A stretch of DNA of 64,000 nucleotides from Chloroflexota bacterium (GCA_016197225.1 JACPWC010000009.1:357-64356); one strand, 5' to 3'. Numbered from the stretch's first letter, positions 38,408 to 47,193 are shown. Translations and numbers: made by a program. The notes: generated by a model not told the origin, from the letters alone.

Positions 38408-39214
38408 ATGTTGAACCAGCTTTACTTCCTCAAACTCGGCGGCTCGCTCATCACCGACAAAAGCCGCGAACAAACCGTGCTACCCAAGGTGCTGGCCCGG
38501 CTGGCCGACGAGATCGCAACCGCCCTCGCAACCCGCCCCGACTTGCGACTCGTCATCGGCCACGGCTCCGGCTCGTTCGGCCACGCTGAGGCCAAAAAGC
38601 ACGGCACACGGCAGGGCGTGCGAACGCCTGAGCAGTGGCGCGCCTTCGCCAACGTGGCCCACGTGGCCGCCAAGCTCAACCGGCACGTGCTGGATGCTCT
38701 GCGCGCGGCGGGCATCCCGGCCATCAACGCTCAACCCTCAGCCTCGGTCGTTTGCCGTGATGGAGCTATCGTCGAAATGGCGGCCGCCCCGATCCAACGT
38801 GCTTTGGATGGCGGCCTTGTTCCAGTGGTTTACGGCGACGTGGCGGTGGACGAAGCTCGCGGCGGCACCATCATCTCCACCGAAGACGAGTTTCGCTTTC
38901 TGGCGACACGCCTGCGCCCTGCCCCTTCGGAAATCTTGCTGGCCGGAATCGAGCGCGGCGTGCTGACAAGCTGGCCCGACGGCGAAGTGATCCCGCTCAT
39001 CACGCCGCAAAACATCGAGAGCCTGCGCCCCGCCCTGCGCGGCTCACACGCCGCCGACGTGACCGGCGGCATGGAGAGCAAAGTGCTGGAGATGCTGGCC
39101 CAGGCGCAAGCGATGCCAGGGCTGAGCATTTGCATTTTTTCGGGCGTGGAGGCGGGGGTGGTGAAGAAGGCGTTGTTAGGAGAGGGAGGGGTTGGAACGA
39201 TTATCAAGGCTTAA
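38408..39214 (+). CDS. ipk: Isopentenyl phosphate kinase (amino-acid-kinase fold)
   Basis: LKLGGSLITDK, GHGSGSFGH, and the C-terminal DVTGGM motif. Confidence 0.82.
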   Translation: MLNQLYFLKLGGSLITDKSREQTVLPKVLARLADEIATALATRPDLRLVIGHGSGSFGHAEAKKHGTRQGVRTPEQWRAFANVAHVAAKLNRHVLDALRAAGIPAINAQPSASVVCRDGAIVEMAAAPIQRALDGGLVPVVYGDVAVDEARGGTIISTEDEFRFLATRLRPAPSEILLAGIERGVLTSWPDGEVIPLITPQNIESLRPALRGSHAADVTGGMESKVLEMLAQAQAMPGLSICIFSGVEAGVVKKALLGEGGVGTIIKA

Positions 39215-39935
39215 CTATTATTTCAGATCGGATATCATCGAGTCTTGAAGACAATTCCATTCTTTTGAAGAATTCGTCAGCAAACCTAAAGCTTGAGGCT
39301 ACCGCCCACTTTGCACATCCATATGATAAACACTTATCTGGAAAGTACGGGGCTTTTTTAGCCGCCAAAGGATTGTGTTGGAATTTCTTTGCTTTTAGTT
39401 TCTTCTCCATTTTATGTGCTGGCGGATTTTGCTCTGGTGTCAAGCGACCTGGCTCAGCCCAAACCCACTCAGGCTTATAGTGAATCAATGCATTACGCAA
39501 CCCAATAAGATCTTTGACATCTTGGTATAAACGCATCCCTTTATCAAAGTGTGTCTTTCTTGCCAAGAGCAGGACTATTTGGAATTTATCCAAGGTATTA
39601 AACTGCTCGGAGAATTGCCACATGTTAGCCAAGAGTGTTGATGTATCAGGATCCATTTCCTTTACGAGCTTTATGCCATTAGTTTGGTCGTCGAGCGTAT
39701 CTGAGAACAATTCATTGATGGTAGCTTCAAGAAATGAGACTGCTGCAAAGATAGAGCCAGTTACATACGCTCTATGTTCTACATACAACTTTTGAAAGGC
39801 CTGGCCATCATAAGATTGCTCAATTTCGGCGGCCAATCTCGCAAATAGTTGGGCTGACTGAATATGTTGCTTTGAAAAATAAGTGCGCACCCTTACGGAG
39901 ATATATTCAGTGATATCTACTGGCTCATGAGTCAT
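39204..39935 (-). CDS. Stand-alone HEPN-like protein (RNxxxH motif), AT-rich insertion
   Basis: 243-aa ORF. LIGLRNALIHYK has R-N-x3-H at 39480-39497. Helical composition. ATGA overlap with the upstream epimerase gene and an 11-nt convergent overlap with ipk. Composition is clearly AT-richer than the flanks. Confidence 0.5.
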   Translation of the reverse strand: MTHEPVDITEYISVRVRTYFSKQHIQSAQLFARLAAEIEQSYDGQAFQKLYVEHRAYVTGSIFAAVSFLEATINELFSDTLDDQTNGIKLVKEMDPDTSTLLANMWQFSEQFNTLDKFQIVLLLARKTHFDKGMRLYQDVKDLIGLRNALIHYKPEWVWAEPGRLTPEQNPPAHKMEKKLKAKKFQHNPLAAKKAPYFPDKCLSYGCAKWAVASSFRFADEFFKRMELSSRLDDIRSEIIVKP

Positions 39936-40921
39936 TTCCGAACTCCCTTCTCCCACTTCCTCAACACCTCTTCCTCCCTCTCCCTCTTCATTCCCGCCCG
40001 CGGCGCGCGGTCTGAGGGCCTCGCCGCCTCCCAGGCCAGCGTGTCGCGAATGGTGTCGGCCAGCGGGCGGAATGCCAGGCCGGCGGCGATGGCCTTGCTC
40101 ACGCTCACCGTCATGTCGCCGCCGCCCAGCCACAGCGGTAGTTCGCTCCAGGGCTGAACACCGGCCTCCAGTAAAAACTTGCCACCCACCCACACAAATC
40201 GCGCGTCACTGCCGCTTACCGCTTTGCACTCGTCCAGCACCTTACCAAACGTCAACGGGTAGTCCGGCCCGGTGGCGTTGAATACACCCGTCATTTTGGC
40301 TTCAACCATGCGGATCGTCCACTCCGCCAAATCGCGCGCGTCAATCACTTGTGTGTGCCAGTCTGGGCCGTCGGGGGCCAGCACATCGCCGCCACGTGCA
40401 ATGCGAACCGGCCAGTAGGTGAAGCGGTCGCTTGGGTCGTGCGGCCCCACGATCAGGCCAGGGCGAATGTTGAGTGCCCGGCCCGGCAAGGCCGCTTCAG
40501 CCGCCTGTTCGCACAGCGCCTTGAGCGGCCCATAAGTTTCGCCGGTGATCTCTTCAACTGTCTCATCTTCCAGCTTGCCTACCGGCGAGTCTTCGTCCAG
40601 CCCTGGCGCTTTATCCAACTCGCGGTAAACCGAGATGCTGGAGATGAAGACGTAACGCTCGACCGCCTGGGCCAACAGTTCCGCCGACGCACGAACGGTG
40701 CGCGGCACGTAGCCACAGGTGTCCACGACGGCATCCCATTTGCGCCCACGCAAGGCTGACAAGTCGCCGTTGCGATCCCCGCGCAACTTTTCAACATCAG
40801 GGAACAACTCAGGGCTATGCTGGCCGCGATTGAACAGCGTCACTTCGTGCCCGCGCGCCAGCGCCGCTTCGGCGGTGTGACGGCCTAGAAAGACCGTGCC
40901 GCCGAGGATGAGGAGTTTCAT
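39932..40921 (-). CDS. NAD-dependent epimerase/dehydratase (SDR) family protein
   Basis: MKLLILGGTVFLGRH Rossmann motif. Start could also be GTG 40930. Confidence 0.85.
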   Translation of the reverse strand: MKLLILGGTVFLGRHTAEAALARGHEVTLFNRGQHSPELFPDVEKLRGDRNGDLSALRGRKWDAVVDTCGYVPRTVRASAELLAQAVERYVFISSISVYRELDKAPGLDEDSPVGKLEDETVEEITGETYGPLKALCEQAAEAALPGRALNIRPGLIVGPHDPSDRFTYWPVRIARGGDVLAPDGPDWHTQVIDARDLAEWTIRMVEAKMTGVFNATGPDYPLTFGKVLDECKAVSGSDARFVWVGGKFLLEAGVQPWSELPLWLGGGDMTVSVSKAIAAGLAFRPLADTIRDTLAWEAARPSDRAPRAGMKREREEEVLRKWEKGVRK

Positions 40922-40944
40922 AGCTGTCACTCACCTCAATCGTG

Positions 40945-41005
40945 GTTAGTGAACAGTGGACAGTGAATAGTAACGACTATTCACTGTCCACTGCTAACTG
41001 TTCAC
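40945..41005. repeat. Heptamer-repeat hairpin (AGTGAAC AGTGGAC AGTGAAT AGT / inverted), 18-bp perfect stem
   Basis: CAGTGGACAGTGAATAGT-AACG-ACTATTCACTGTCCACTG. Lies between the LCP gene stop (41010) and the epimerase start. Confidence 0.75.
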
Positions 41006-41009
41006 TGCA

Positions 41010-42212
41010 TTACTGCCCCGTGCTAAACGCCTCCAGCAGAGGCAGGATCACATCCATCTTCGGCCTCAACACCTGCGCGCCGGAGTCGGTGGTGAAGGCT
41101 TCGACCATTGACAAATCCATCACCAACCGCGTGATCGACTCGCCCGGAATCTGCGGCCCGGCACAACCCAGCAAGCCCACCTCGTCCAGCGTCAAATCCG
41201 TCCGCACCGAGTTGTACACCAGCTGCGCCAGCGCCGGCAGGGCCACAATCGTCTCCGGCGTCAGCAGTTTATCGCGGATCGCCATCAGCGCCTGTTGCTG
41301 GCGGCGCATCCGGCCAAAGTCGCTATCCTGGTGGCGGGTGCGGGCGTACATCAACGCCGTGCGGCCATCCATGTGAACCAGCCCGGCGGGAATCTCCAGA
41401 ACCAAAGTTCCCCCGAAATCGTCGGGGTATTTCTCGTCACGGATCGCTCGCGACACTTCAATATCAACCCCGCCAATCGCATCCACGGCCTGCTCGAACG
41501 TCGAAAAGTTCAAAACCACCGTGCGATCAATCCGCAGGCCAAAGTTTTGCGAGAGGGCCAACGCCTGAAAGGCCGGGCCGCCGCCAGGGTAACTGTATTG
41601 CTGGCCGAGGGCGTAGGCGGTGTTGATTCGATTCTCGTGCAAGGCGTTGCCGTTGTATTCGGGAATCTGCACCCACAGGTCGCGCGGGATCGAAAGAATT
41701 TGCGCCGTGCGGTCGCCAAAGTTTACGCCGACGACGGCCAGGGCATCAGCCCGCGCGGCCCGGTCGTAATTGGCCGAACGGCCATCCATGCCGATCACCA
41801 AAATATTCATCCGCCCCGGCCCGTCGCACGCCTCGGGAAATGGCGCGGCTTCAGGCAAAACGGGAGTCGGGATCGGGGTCGGGTTGGCGGGCGCGGCGTA
41901 GTAACCGGTCGGGCGCAGAACCGGGGTCGGGGTGTTGGTCGGCGGGCGCGGGTCGGTCAGGATCGGAGTCACGCTGACCGGGACGACGGTGAGAACGTCG
42001 CCCACCGAGAGCGGCGTGACGGTGGCCGTGGGTGGGGCCGCCGTGTAAGTGGAAATTGATGCGGTGAGGACGGGCGTGTTCGCCCGCGCCGAGCGCGTGA
42101 CCCAGAGCAGGCCCAGGGTGACGCAGAAAATGCCGGCGCCGATCAACAAGGTGACAGCCAGAACGGCGAACGGGCCAATCGTTCGCGGTTTGACTCGCTT
42201 CGAGAACTTCAT
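41010..42212 (-). CDS. LytR-CpsA-Psr (LCP) family cell-envelope transferase
   Basis: N-terminal TM, then NILVIGMDGR..., ADALAVVGVNF..., LSIPRDLWV, INTAYALG. Confidence 0.88.
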   Translation of the reverse strand: MKFSKRVKPRTIGPFAVLAVTLLIGAGIFCVTLGLLWVTRSARANTPVLTASISTYTAAPPTATVTPLSVGDVLTVVPVSVTPILTDPRPPTNTPTPVLRPTGYYAAPANPTPIPTPVLPEAAPFPEACDGPGRMNILVIGMDGRSANYDRAARADALAVVGVNFGDRTAQILSIPRDLWVQIPEYNGNALHENRINTAYALGQQYSYPGGGPAFQALALSQNFGLRIDRTVVLNFSTFEQAVDAIGGVDIEVSRAIRDEKYPDDFGGTLVLEIPAGLVHMDGRTALMYARTRHQDSDFGRMRRQQQALMAIRDKLLTPETIVALPALAQLVYNSVRTDLTLDEVGLLGCAGPQIPGESITRLVMDLSMVEAFTTDSGAQVLRPKMDVILPLLEAFSTGQ

Positions 42213-43639
42213 AAATATTTTTCGACCGCCCAGCCGCCGTTACGCATCACCTCAAGCGGAATCGAATCGCCGGGCTTGAAGACCAGCGTGTTGTGGCCGG
42301 TGAAAGCGTCAATCACGTCGCCCATCAAGTCGGCCAGAAAGACGGGCCGGTTCAGGGCGCGGGCGATGTCGAGCGGCGACACGTCATCGAGGCTGATGCC
42401 CTGCGGATGATCGAACATGACTCGCGGCAGGACGACAAACTCGCCGAGATCGCGATCGCTGAGTTGGTTGATGACATCCTTGCCCATCAACAGCCCGGCT
42501 ACGGTGATCGTCTCGCCCAGCCGGTCATTGATCACCGGGGACACCGCCAACGTCGTTCCCGCAATTTGGTCGAACTCCCTGGCCGACTTCGTCAGCACCG
42601 GCGCAAACAATGCGCCGCTTACCAGCGTCGCCCTCATCCCATTTTGGATTTTGGGATTTGGGATTTGGGATTTCAACTCTCTTTTCTCCCGCCGCCACGC
42701 ATTCAAAAACCCCCTCACCTGCCCCAGCCCGTTCTCTTCGAGCGCCAGCCCGTCGAGATTTTTAATTGGCGGCAGTGGGCGGCCAGTGACCAGATACCAC
42801 TCGTCGGTGGCGTGAACGAAATGCGCGCCAAACTTTTTGAGAAAGCGCGCCTGCCATTTTTCAACAGCGTCCAGCACATCGTTACACTCAGCAACAGTGT
42901 TCGGTCGGTGGCCGTACTTGTGATGTTTGGTGAGGCCGACCGGCGCTACGCTGACAGATTGAACCGTTGGATAAAGTTTGCCTAACTCACGAAGCGACTG
43001 CTCGAGGATCGAGCCGTCGTTGAGGCCGGGCGTGACCACGAGCTGGGTGTGACAGACGATGCCACGCTCACCCAGCCAGCGCAGTTGTGCCATCACGTCG
43101 GGCGCGGTTTTGTTGGCCAGGCAGGCTCGGCGAACTTCCAGGTTGGTGGCGTGTACCGAGACGTACAGCGGCGAGAGGCGTTGCTCTTCGAGTCGCGCCC
43201 AGTCGTGCTCACTCAGGTTGGTGAGGGTGACGAAGTGGCCGTAGAGAAACGAGTAGCGGTAGTCGTCGTCTTTGATGTAAAGGGTGCGCCTCATGCGCGG
43301 CGCGGTTTGCAGGACGAAGCAGAACGGGCACAGGTTGTTGCACCGGCGGATGTCTATGTCGAAGGTGGGGTGGGTGAATTCAATTCCAAGTGGCTGTTCT
43401 ATTTTTCGCGTGTTGCGTATTGCGTATTGCGTATCATCCCGCCGGTAGACGATTTCGACTTGGTCTTCGGCGGCGTAGAACTGCACGTCAATCACGTCTT
43501 CGACGGGGTGGCCGTTGACGGCCAGTACTTCGTCGCCGGGGCGCAGGCCGAGGTCGGCGGCGAGGGAGGCGGGTTCGACTTTCTGAATGAGGCCGGAGTA
43601 TTTGTAATTAGTTATTGGTAATTGGTTAGTGGCCGTCAC
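42209..43639 (-). CDS. PDZ domain + radical-SAM-like (CX3CX2C) + DUF512 protein
   Basis: PDZ GLRPGDEVLAVNGHPV, the cluster RRCNNLCPFCF, and a C-terminal DUF512-like region. N-terminal codons are repeat-derived, so the start is uncertain. Confidence 0.78.
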   Translation of the reverse strand: MTATNQLPITNYKYSGLIQKVEPASLAADLGLRPGDEVLAVNGHPVEDVIDVQFYAAEDQVEIVYRRDDTQYAIRNTRKIEQPLGIEFTHPTFDIDIRRCNNLCPFCFVLQTAPRMRRTLYIKDDDYRYSFLYGHFVTLTNLSEHDWARLEEQRLSPLYVSVHATNLEVRRACLANKTAPDVMAQLRWLGERGIVCHTQLVVTPGLNDGSILEQSLRELGKLYPTVQSVSVAPVGLTKHHKYGHRPNTVAECNDVLDAVEKWQARFLKKFGAHFVHATDEWYLVTGRPLPPIKNLDGLALEENGLGQVRGFLNAWRREKRELKSQIPNPKIQNGMRATLVSGALFAPVLTKSAREFDQIAGTTLAVSPVINDRLGETITVAGLLMGKDVINQLSDRDLGEFVVLPRVMFDHPQGISLDDVSPLDIARALNRPVFLADLMGDVIDAFTGHNTLVFKPGDSIPLEVMRNGGWAVEKYL

Positions 43640-44370
43640 TCGATGTACTCACTTGTAGCCTTCGACAGATCGCTATAAATCCCGCGCCGGTGATCAGGCA
43701 ACATGGCGGCCAGGCGATACATGGCCTCGTCGGTCATCTGGCGCAACGCTTCGCGGGGCAGGCGACCCGTGATCGGTTTGAAGCGGAAAGGCTTCCCCAG
43801 AGTCACGACGCCGCCGGGTTCAGACCAACGCTTCTTGCTGATCGTCGGAAACCCTTTCGTGCCCTCAATCGCCACCGGAATGATCGGCGCGCCGGACTTG
43901 TGGGCAAGGTAGGCAATGCCTTCTTTGGCCTGGCTGAGGGCGGGCTGGCGCGTGCCTTGCGGAGCCACCAAAATGATCTCGCCCGCCTTCAATACTGTCA
44001 GAGCCTGCATCAAGGCTTCGCGGTCGGCCTCGCCGCGCCGCACCGGGATCACTGCCCACAAACGCGGGAAGATGCCCCAGACCGGGTAATTGTAGACTTC
44101 GATTTTCGCCATCGGCACAATGTTGCGTGGCAGGTTGCCCAGCACCACAATCGGGTCAATGAAAGCGATGTGGTTGATCATGAGAATGGCCGGGCCGGCC
44201 GGCGGCAAGTTCTCCAGCCCTTCGATCCGGTCAAGCTTCGCCAGCCAGCGAAAGCCGATGTTGGTGATCAGCCAGCGCAGAACGCGACGCACCGGCTCGT
44301 GTTTCGCGTGGACATATTCTCGATTTTTGATTTTAGATTTTTGATTTTGGATTGCGACGTTCTCGGTCAT
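43636..44370 (-). CDS. 1-acyl-sn-glycerol-3-phosphate acyltransferase family (paralogue 1)
   Basis: HX4D NHIAFID, PQGTR, IIPVAIEG. ATGA overlaps at both ends. Confidence 0.85.
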   Translation of the reverse strand: MTENVAIQNQKSKIKNREYVHAKHEPVRRVLRWLITNIGFRWLAKLDRIEGLENLPPAGPAILMINHIAFIDPIVVLGNLPRNIVPMAKIEVYNYPVWGIFPRLWAVIPVRRGEADREALMQALTVLKAGEIILVAPQGTRQPALSQAKEGIAYLAHKSGAPIIPVAIEGTKGFPTISKKRWSEPGGVVTLGKPFRFKPITGRLPREALRQMTDEAMYRLAAMLPDHRRGIYSDLSKATSEYIE

Positions 44371-45002
44371 TGCTCTAACTCCACACTCTGACTTCCATAC
44401 ACCCCCCGATACTCCGGCGGCAGCAACTCGGAGATGCGACGCATGATCAGATCGGCGGCGTCCTGGCGACGAATGTTTGGCGGCAGGGTGAAAGGCTGGC
44501 CGAAGGTTAGTGTAACACAGGGCCGCTTCAGCCGCATCCACGCTGAATAAACTTTTCTATTTTCAGTGCCGGTGATGGCGATGGGAACGATGGGAACGCG
44601 GCTGTGAAGCGCCAGAAATGCGGCCCCGCCCTTAGCCGTCTCTAACGTGTGTGACCGACTCTCGCGCCCTTCCGGCGCGATTAGCAGAGCTTTGCCCGAC
44701 TTGAGAACGTCGAGGGCCATGTTCAACGTCTCGCGGTCGGGCTGGCCGCGCCGCACCGGAATCATGCCGTAGTCACGAGCGAGGGAGCCGAAGATCGGCC
44801 AGCGCAGAATTTCGGCCTTGCCGATCACTTCCACCTCGCGCGGCGCAAAGCCGATGACCAGGATCGGGTCGGCGTCGCCGAGGTGATTCATCGCCAGCAG
44901 GAGGCCGCCCTCGTGCGGCACATTTTCCAGGCCGCGAACAGCCAGGCGAAGCAAGCTGCTGGAGGCCAGGCGGGCTAGCCTGCGAAGGACGTCGCGAGTC
45001 AC
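44367..45002 (-). CDS. 1-acyl-sn-glycerol-3-phosphate acyltransferase family (paralogue 2)
   Basis: HX4D NHLGDAD, APEGRES, IVPIAITG. GTGA overlap with paralogue 3. Confidence 0.85.
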   Translation of the reverse strand: MTRDVLRRLARLASSSLLRLAVRGLENVPHEGGLLLAMNHLGDADPILVIGFAPREVEVIGKAEILRWPIFGSLARDYGMIPVRRGQPDRETLNMALDVLKSGKALLIAPEGRESRSHTLETAKGGAAFLALHSRVPIVPIAITGTENRKVYSAWMRLKRPCVTLTFGQPFTLPPNIRRQDAADLIMRRISELLPPEYRGVYGSQSVELEQ

Positions 45003-45658
45003 TTGTAAACACCGCGATATTCCGGCGGCAACAATTCGGCGATGCGGCGCATGATCAGCGTAGTGTATTCAGCCAGGCGCTGGTGGCGATTCTCCCGCGT
45101 CAGCGGCCCGGCTGGCAGACGAAACGGCTGGCCGATGATCATGCTCAGGGCCGGGCGGCGAAATGCTTTCCAATTTGGGATCAAATTTTCAGTGCCGGTG
45201 ATGCCAACCGGCACGATAGGAACATCCGCTTTGAGCGCCAGATAAGCAATGCCGGGTTTGGCCTCGCGCATCCCGGCCTGGCGGGTGCGCCCGCCCTCGG
45301 GCGCAATCACAAACGGGCGGCCCGACCTGAGAACGTCGAGCGCCTTTTCCAGCACCGCTCGATCATACTCACCACGATGCACCGGGATCGAGCCGTAGGC
45401 GCGCATGATGTGGCCGGCGAAGAAAGTCTCCATCATGTTGGCCGCGCCCAGCGCCTCGGGCGGGTGAGGCCAGAAGGCCATCAACAACGGCGGATCGTAA
45501 CTCGCCAGATGATTCATGGCAATGATGTAAGCGCCGGGCGGCGGCACGTTTTCGAAACCGGTCAGGGTGAGGCGGCAACCCAGGCGGTAAATCGCCTGGG
45601 CCAGTGGCCGGGCCAGGGCGCGAAAGAGGCGGACGGAGGCAGGCTGGGAGAAAGGCAT
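44999..45658 (-). CDS. 1-acyl-sn-glycerol-3-phosphate acyltransferase family (paralogue 3)
   Basis: HX4D NHLASYD, APEGGRT, IVPVGITG. ATG 45656-45658 preferred; the alternative 45688 start lies in a repeat. Confidence 0.85.
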   Translation of the reverse strand: MPFSQPASVRLFRALARPLAQAIYRLGCRLTLTGFENVPPPGAYIIAMNHLASYDPPLLMAFWPHPPEALGAANMMETFFAGHIMRAYGSIPVHRGEYDRAVLEKALDVLRSGRPFVIAPEGGRTRQAGMREAKPGIAYLALKADVPIVPVGITGTENLIPNWKAFRRPALSMIIGQPFRLPAGPLTRENRHQRLAEYTTLIMRRIAELLPPEYRGVYK

Positions 45659-45661
45659 GAA

Positions 45662-45727
45662 CAACAAACGACAAATAACAAACGACAAACGTCATACTTT
45701 GTCGTTTGACGGTTGACGGTTGACGGA
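45662..45727. repeat. Heptamer repeats ACGACAA/ATAACAA and TTGACGG x3 with an about 11-bp central hairpin
   Basis: Read directly. Spans the cmk stop (45692) and encodes the cmk C-terminal tail SVNRQPSNDKV. Confidence 0.65.
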
Positions 45728-46396
45728 CTTCACAAGAGCCAGCAGTGCAGAGACAACCTGCCCCACGCTCAACCCCGTCGTGTCCACAATGTTGGCGTCG
45801 GGCGCGGCTTTGAGGGGCGCATGTTCACGGCTGGAGTCAAATCGGTCACGCTCACGGATGGCGGCCAGAATTTCATCGTATGGCTTTTCGACGCCGCGCG
45901 CTTCATTCTCGGCGTGGCGGCGGCGGGCGCGCTCTTCCGGCGAAGCGTCGAGGTAGATTTTGAGATCAGCGTCAGACAGGACGACTGTGCCAATGTCGCG
46001 ACCGACCATGACCACCCGGCCTCGTTTGGCGATTGACCGCATCTCGGCGGTGAGAATTTCCCGCACCTTCGGGTAGGCCGACACCTGCGACACATTGGCG
46101 TCCACTTCGGAGGCGCGGATGGGCCAGGTGACGTCGTCACCATCGGCCAACACCGTGCACTGGCGGCCATCGTTGAACAGGGGTGGCAGAACGTCAATCT
46201 TGAGCGAGGCGGCCAAACTGTTTACGACGGCTTCGTCGGAGATCGAAATATGGCGCTCAAGGGCAGCCAGAGTCACCGCCCGGTACATCACGCCGCTGTC
46301 GAAGAAGAGGTAGTTGAGACGCCCGGCCAGCAGTGAGCCGACTGTGGATTTGCCGGATGAGGCCGGGCCGTCGAGGGCGATGATAGAGGCGGGCAT
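45692..46396 (-). CDS. cmk: Cytidylate kinase
   Basis: IIALDGPASSGKSTVGSLLA, DSGVMYRAVT, GRDIGTVV. Confidence 0.94.
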   Translation of the reverse strand: MPASIIALDGPASSGKSTVGSLLAGRLNYLFFDSGVMYRAVTLAALERHISISDEAVVNSLAASLKIDVLPPLFNDGRQCTVLADGDDVTWPIRASEVDANVSQVSAYPKVREILTAEMRSIAKRGRVVMVGRDIGTVVLSDADLKIYLDASPEERARRRHAENEARGVEKPYDEILAAIRERDRFDSSREHAPLKAAPDANIVDTTGLSVGQVVSALLALVKSVNRQPSNDKV

Positions 46397-46440
46397 GAGG
46401 GAGTTGGGAGTTGGGGGTTGGAGATTAGAGGATTAGAGAT
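46397..46440. repeat. Heptamer repeats (GGGAGTT x3, GAGATTA x3) filling the rluB-cmk spacer
   Basis: GAGGGAGTTGGGAGTTGGGGGTTGGAGATTAGAGGATTAGAGAT, read directly. Confidence 0.65.
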
Positions 46441-47186
46441 TAGCGAAGCTGGCGTTTTGCGCCGGTGGCGGTAAAGAGCAGGCGGACTTCGGAGGCGGTG
46501 AGGTGCCGCCACTGGCCGGGCCGGAGTGTGCCGAGGCGCAACGTGCCGAGGCGAATGCGAACGATGCGGGCCACGCGCAGGCCCAACGTCTCGCCCACGC
46601 GCCGGATTTGATGCTTCTTGCCCTCGCGCATGATCACCCGCAACCAGGTTCCGTCGCCTTCGGCTGAGTCAACGTCCACTTTGGCCGGGCCGGTGCGTTC
46701 CGAGTTGCCTTCCTCGTCCTGGATGACCACGCCGCGCCGCCAGACTTGCAGGGCCTGTTGATCGAGACGGCCGATGACAAGCACCCGGTATTCTTTTTCG
46801 TGGCCGTAGCGCGGGTGAGTGAGGCGGTTGGTCAGGTCGCCGTCGTTGGTGAGCAGAACCAGGCCTTCGCTCATCGCGTCGAGGCGGCCCACCGGATACA
46901 ACCGCCCCGGAACCGGAACCAGGTCGCGCACGGTGTCGCGGTCGCCCTGAGCGCGGAGCGAGGAAACGGCCCCGCGCGGTTTGTTGACGACAATGTAGGT
47001 GAGCGTTTCGGCGGCAACCGGGTCGCCGTCGAGTGTGACTTTGTCTACGGTCAGGTCGGCCTTGTCGCCGACCACGGCCCGTTTACCGTTGACGCGCACC
47101 CGCCCGGCGGCGATGATGTCTTCGCAGGCGCGGCGCGAGCCGAAGCCGGCGGCGGCGAGAATTTTTTGCAGGCGTTCAGTTGGCAT
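46440..47186 (-). CDS. rluB: Pseudouridine synthase, RsuA/RluB family with S4 domain
   Basis: LQKILAAAGFGSRRACEDIIAAGRVRVNG and the catalytic motif GRLDAMSEGLVLLTNDG. Confidence 0.9.
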   Translation of the reverse strand: MPTERLQKILAAAGFGSRRACEDIIAAGRVRVNGKRAVVGDKADLTVDKVTLDGDPVAAETLTYIVVNKPRGAVSSLRAQGDRDTVRDLVPVPGRLYPVGRLDAMSEGLVLLTNDGDLTNRLTHPRYGHEKEYRVLVIGRLDQQALQVWRRGVVIQDEEGNSERTGPAKVDVDSAEGDGTWLRVIMREGKKHQIRRVGETLGLRVARIVRIRLGTLRLGTLRPGQWRHLTASEVRLLFTATGAKRQLR

Positions 47187-47193
47187 GTGGAAA

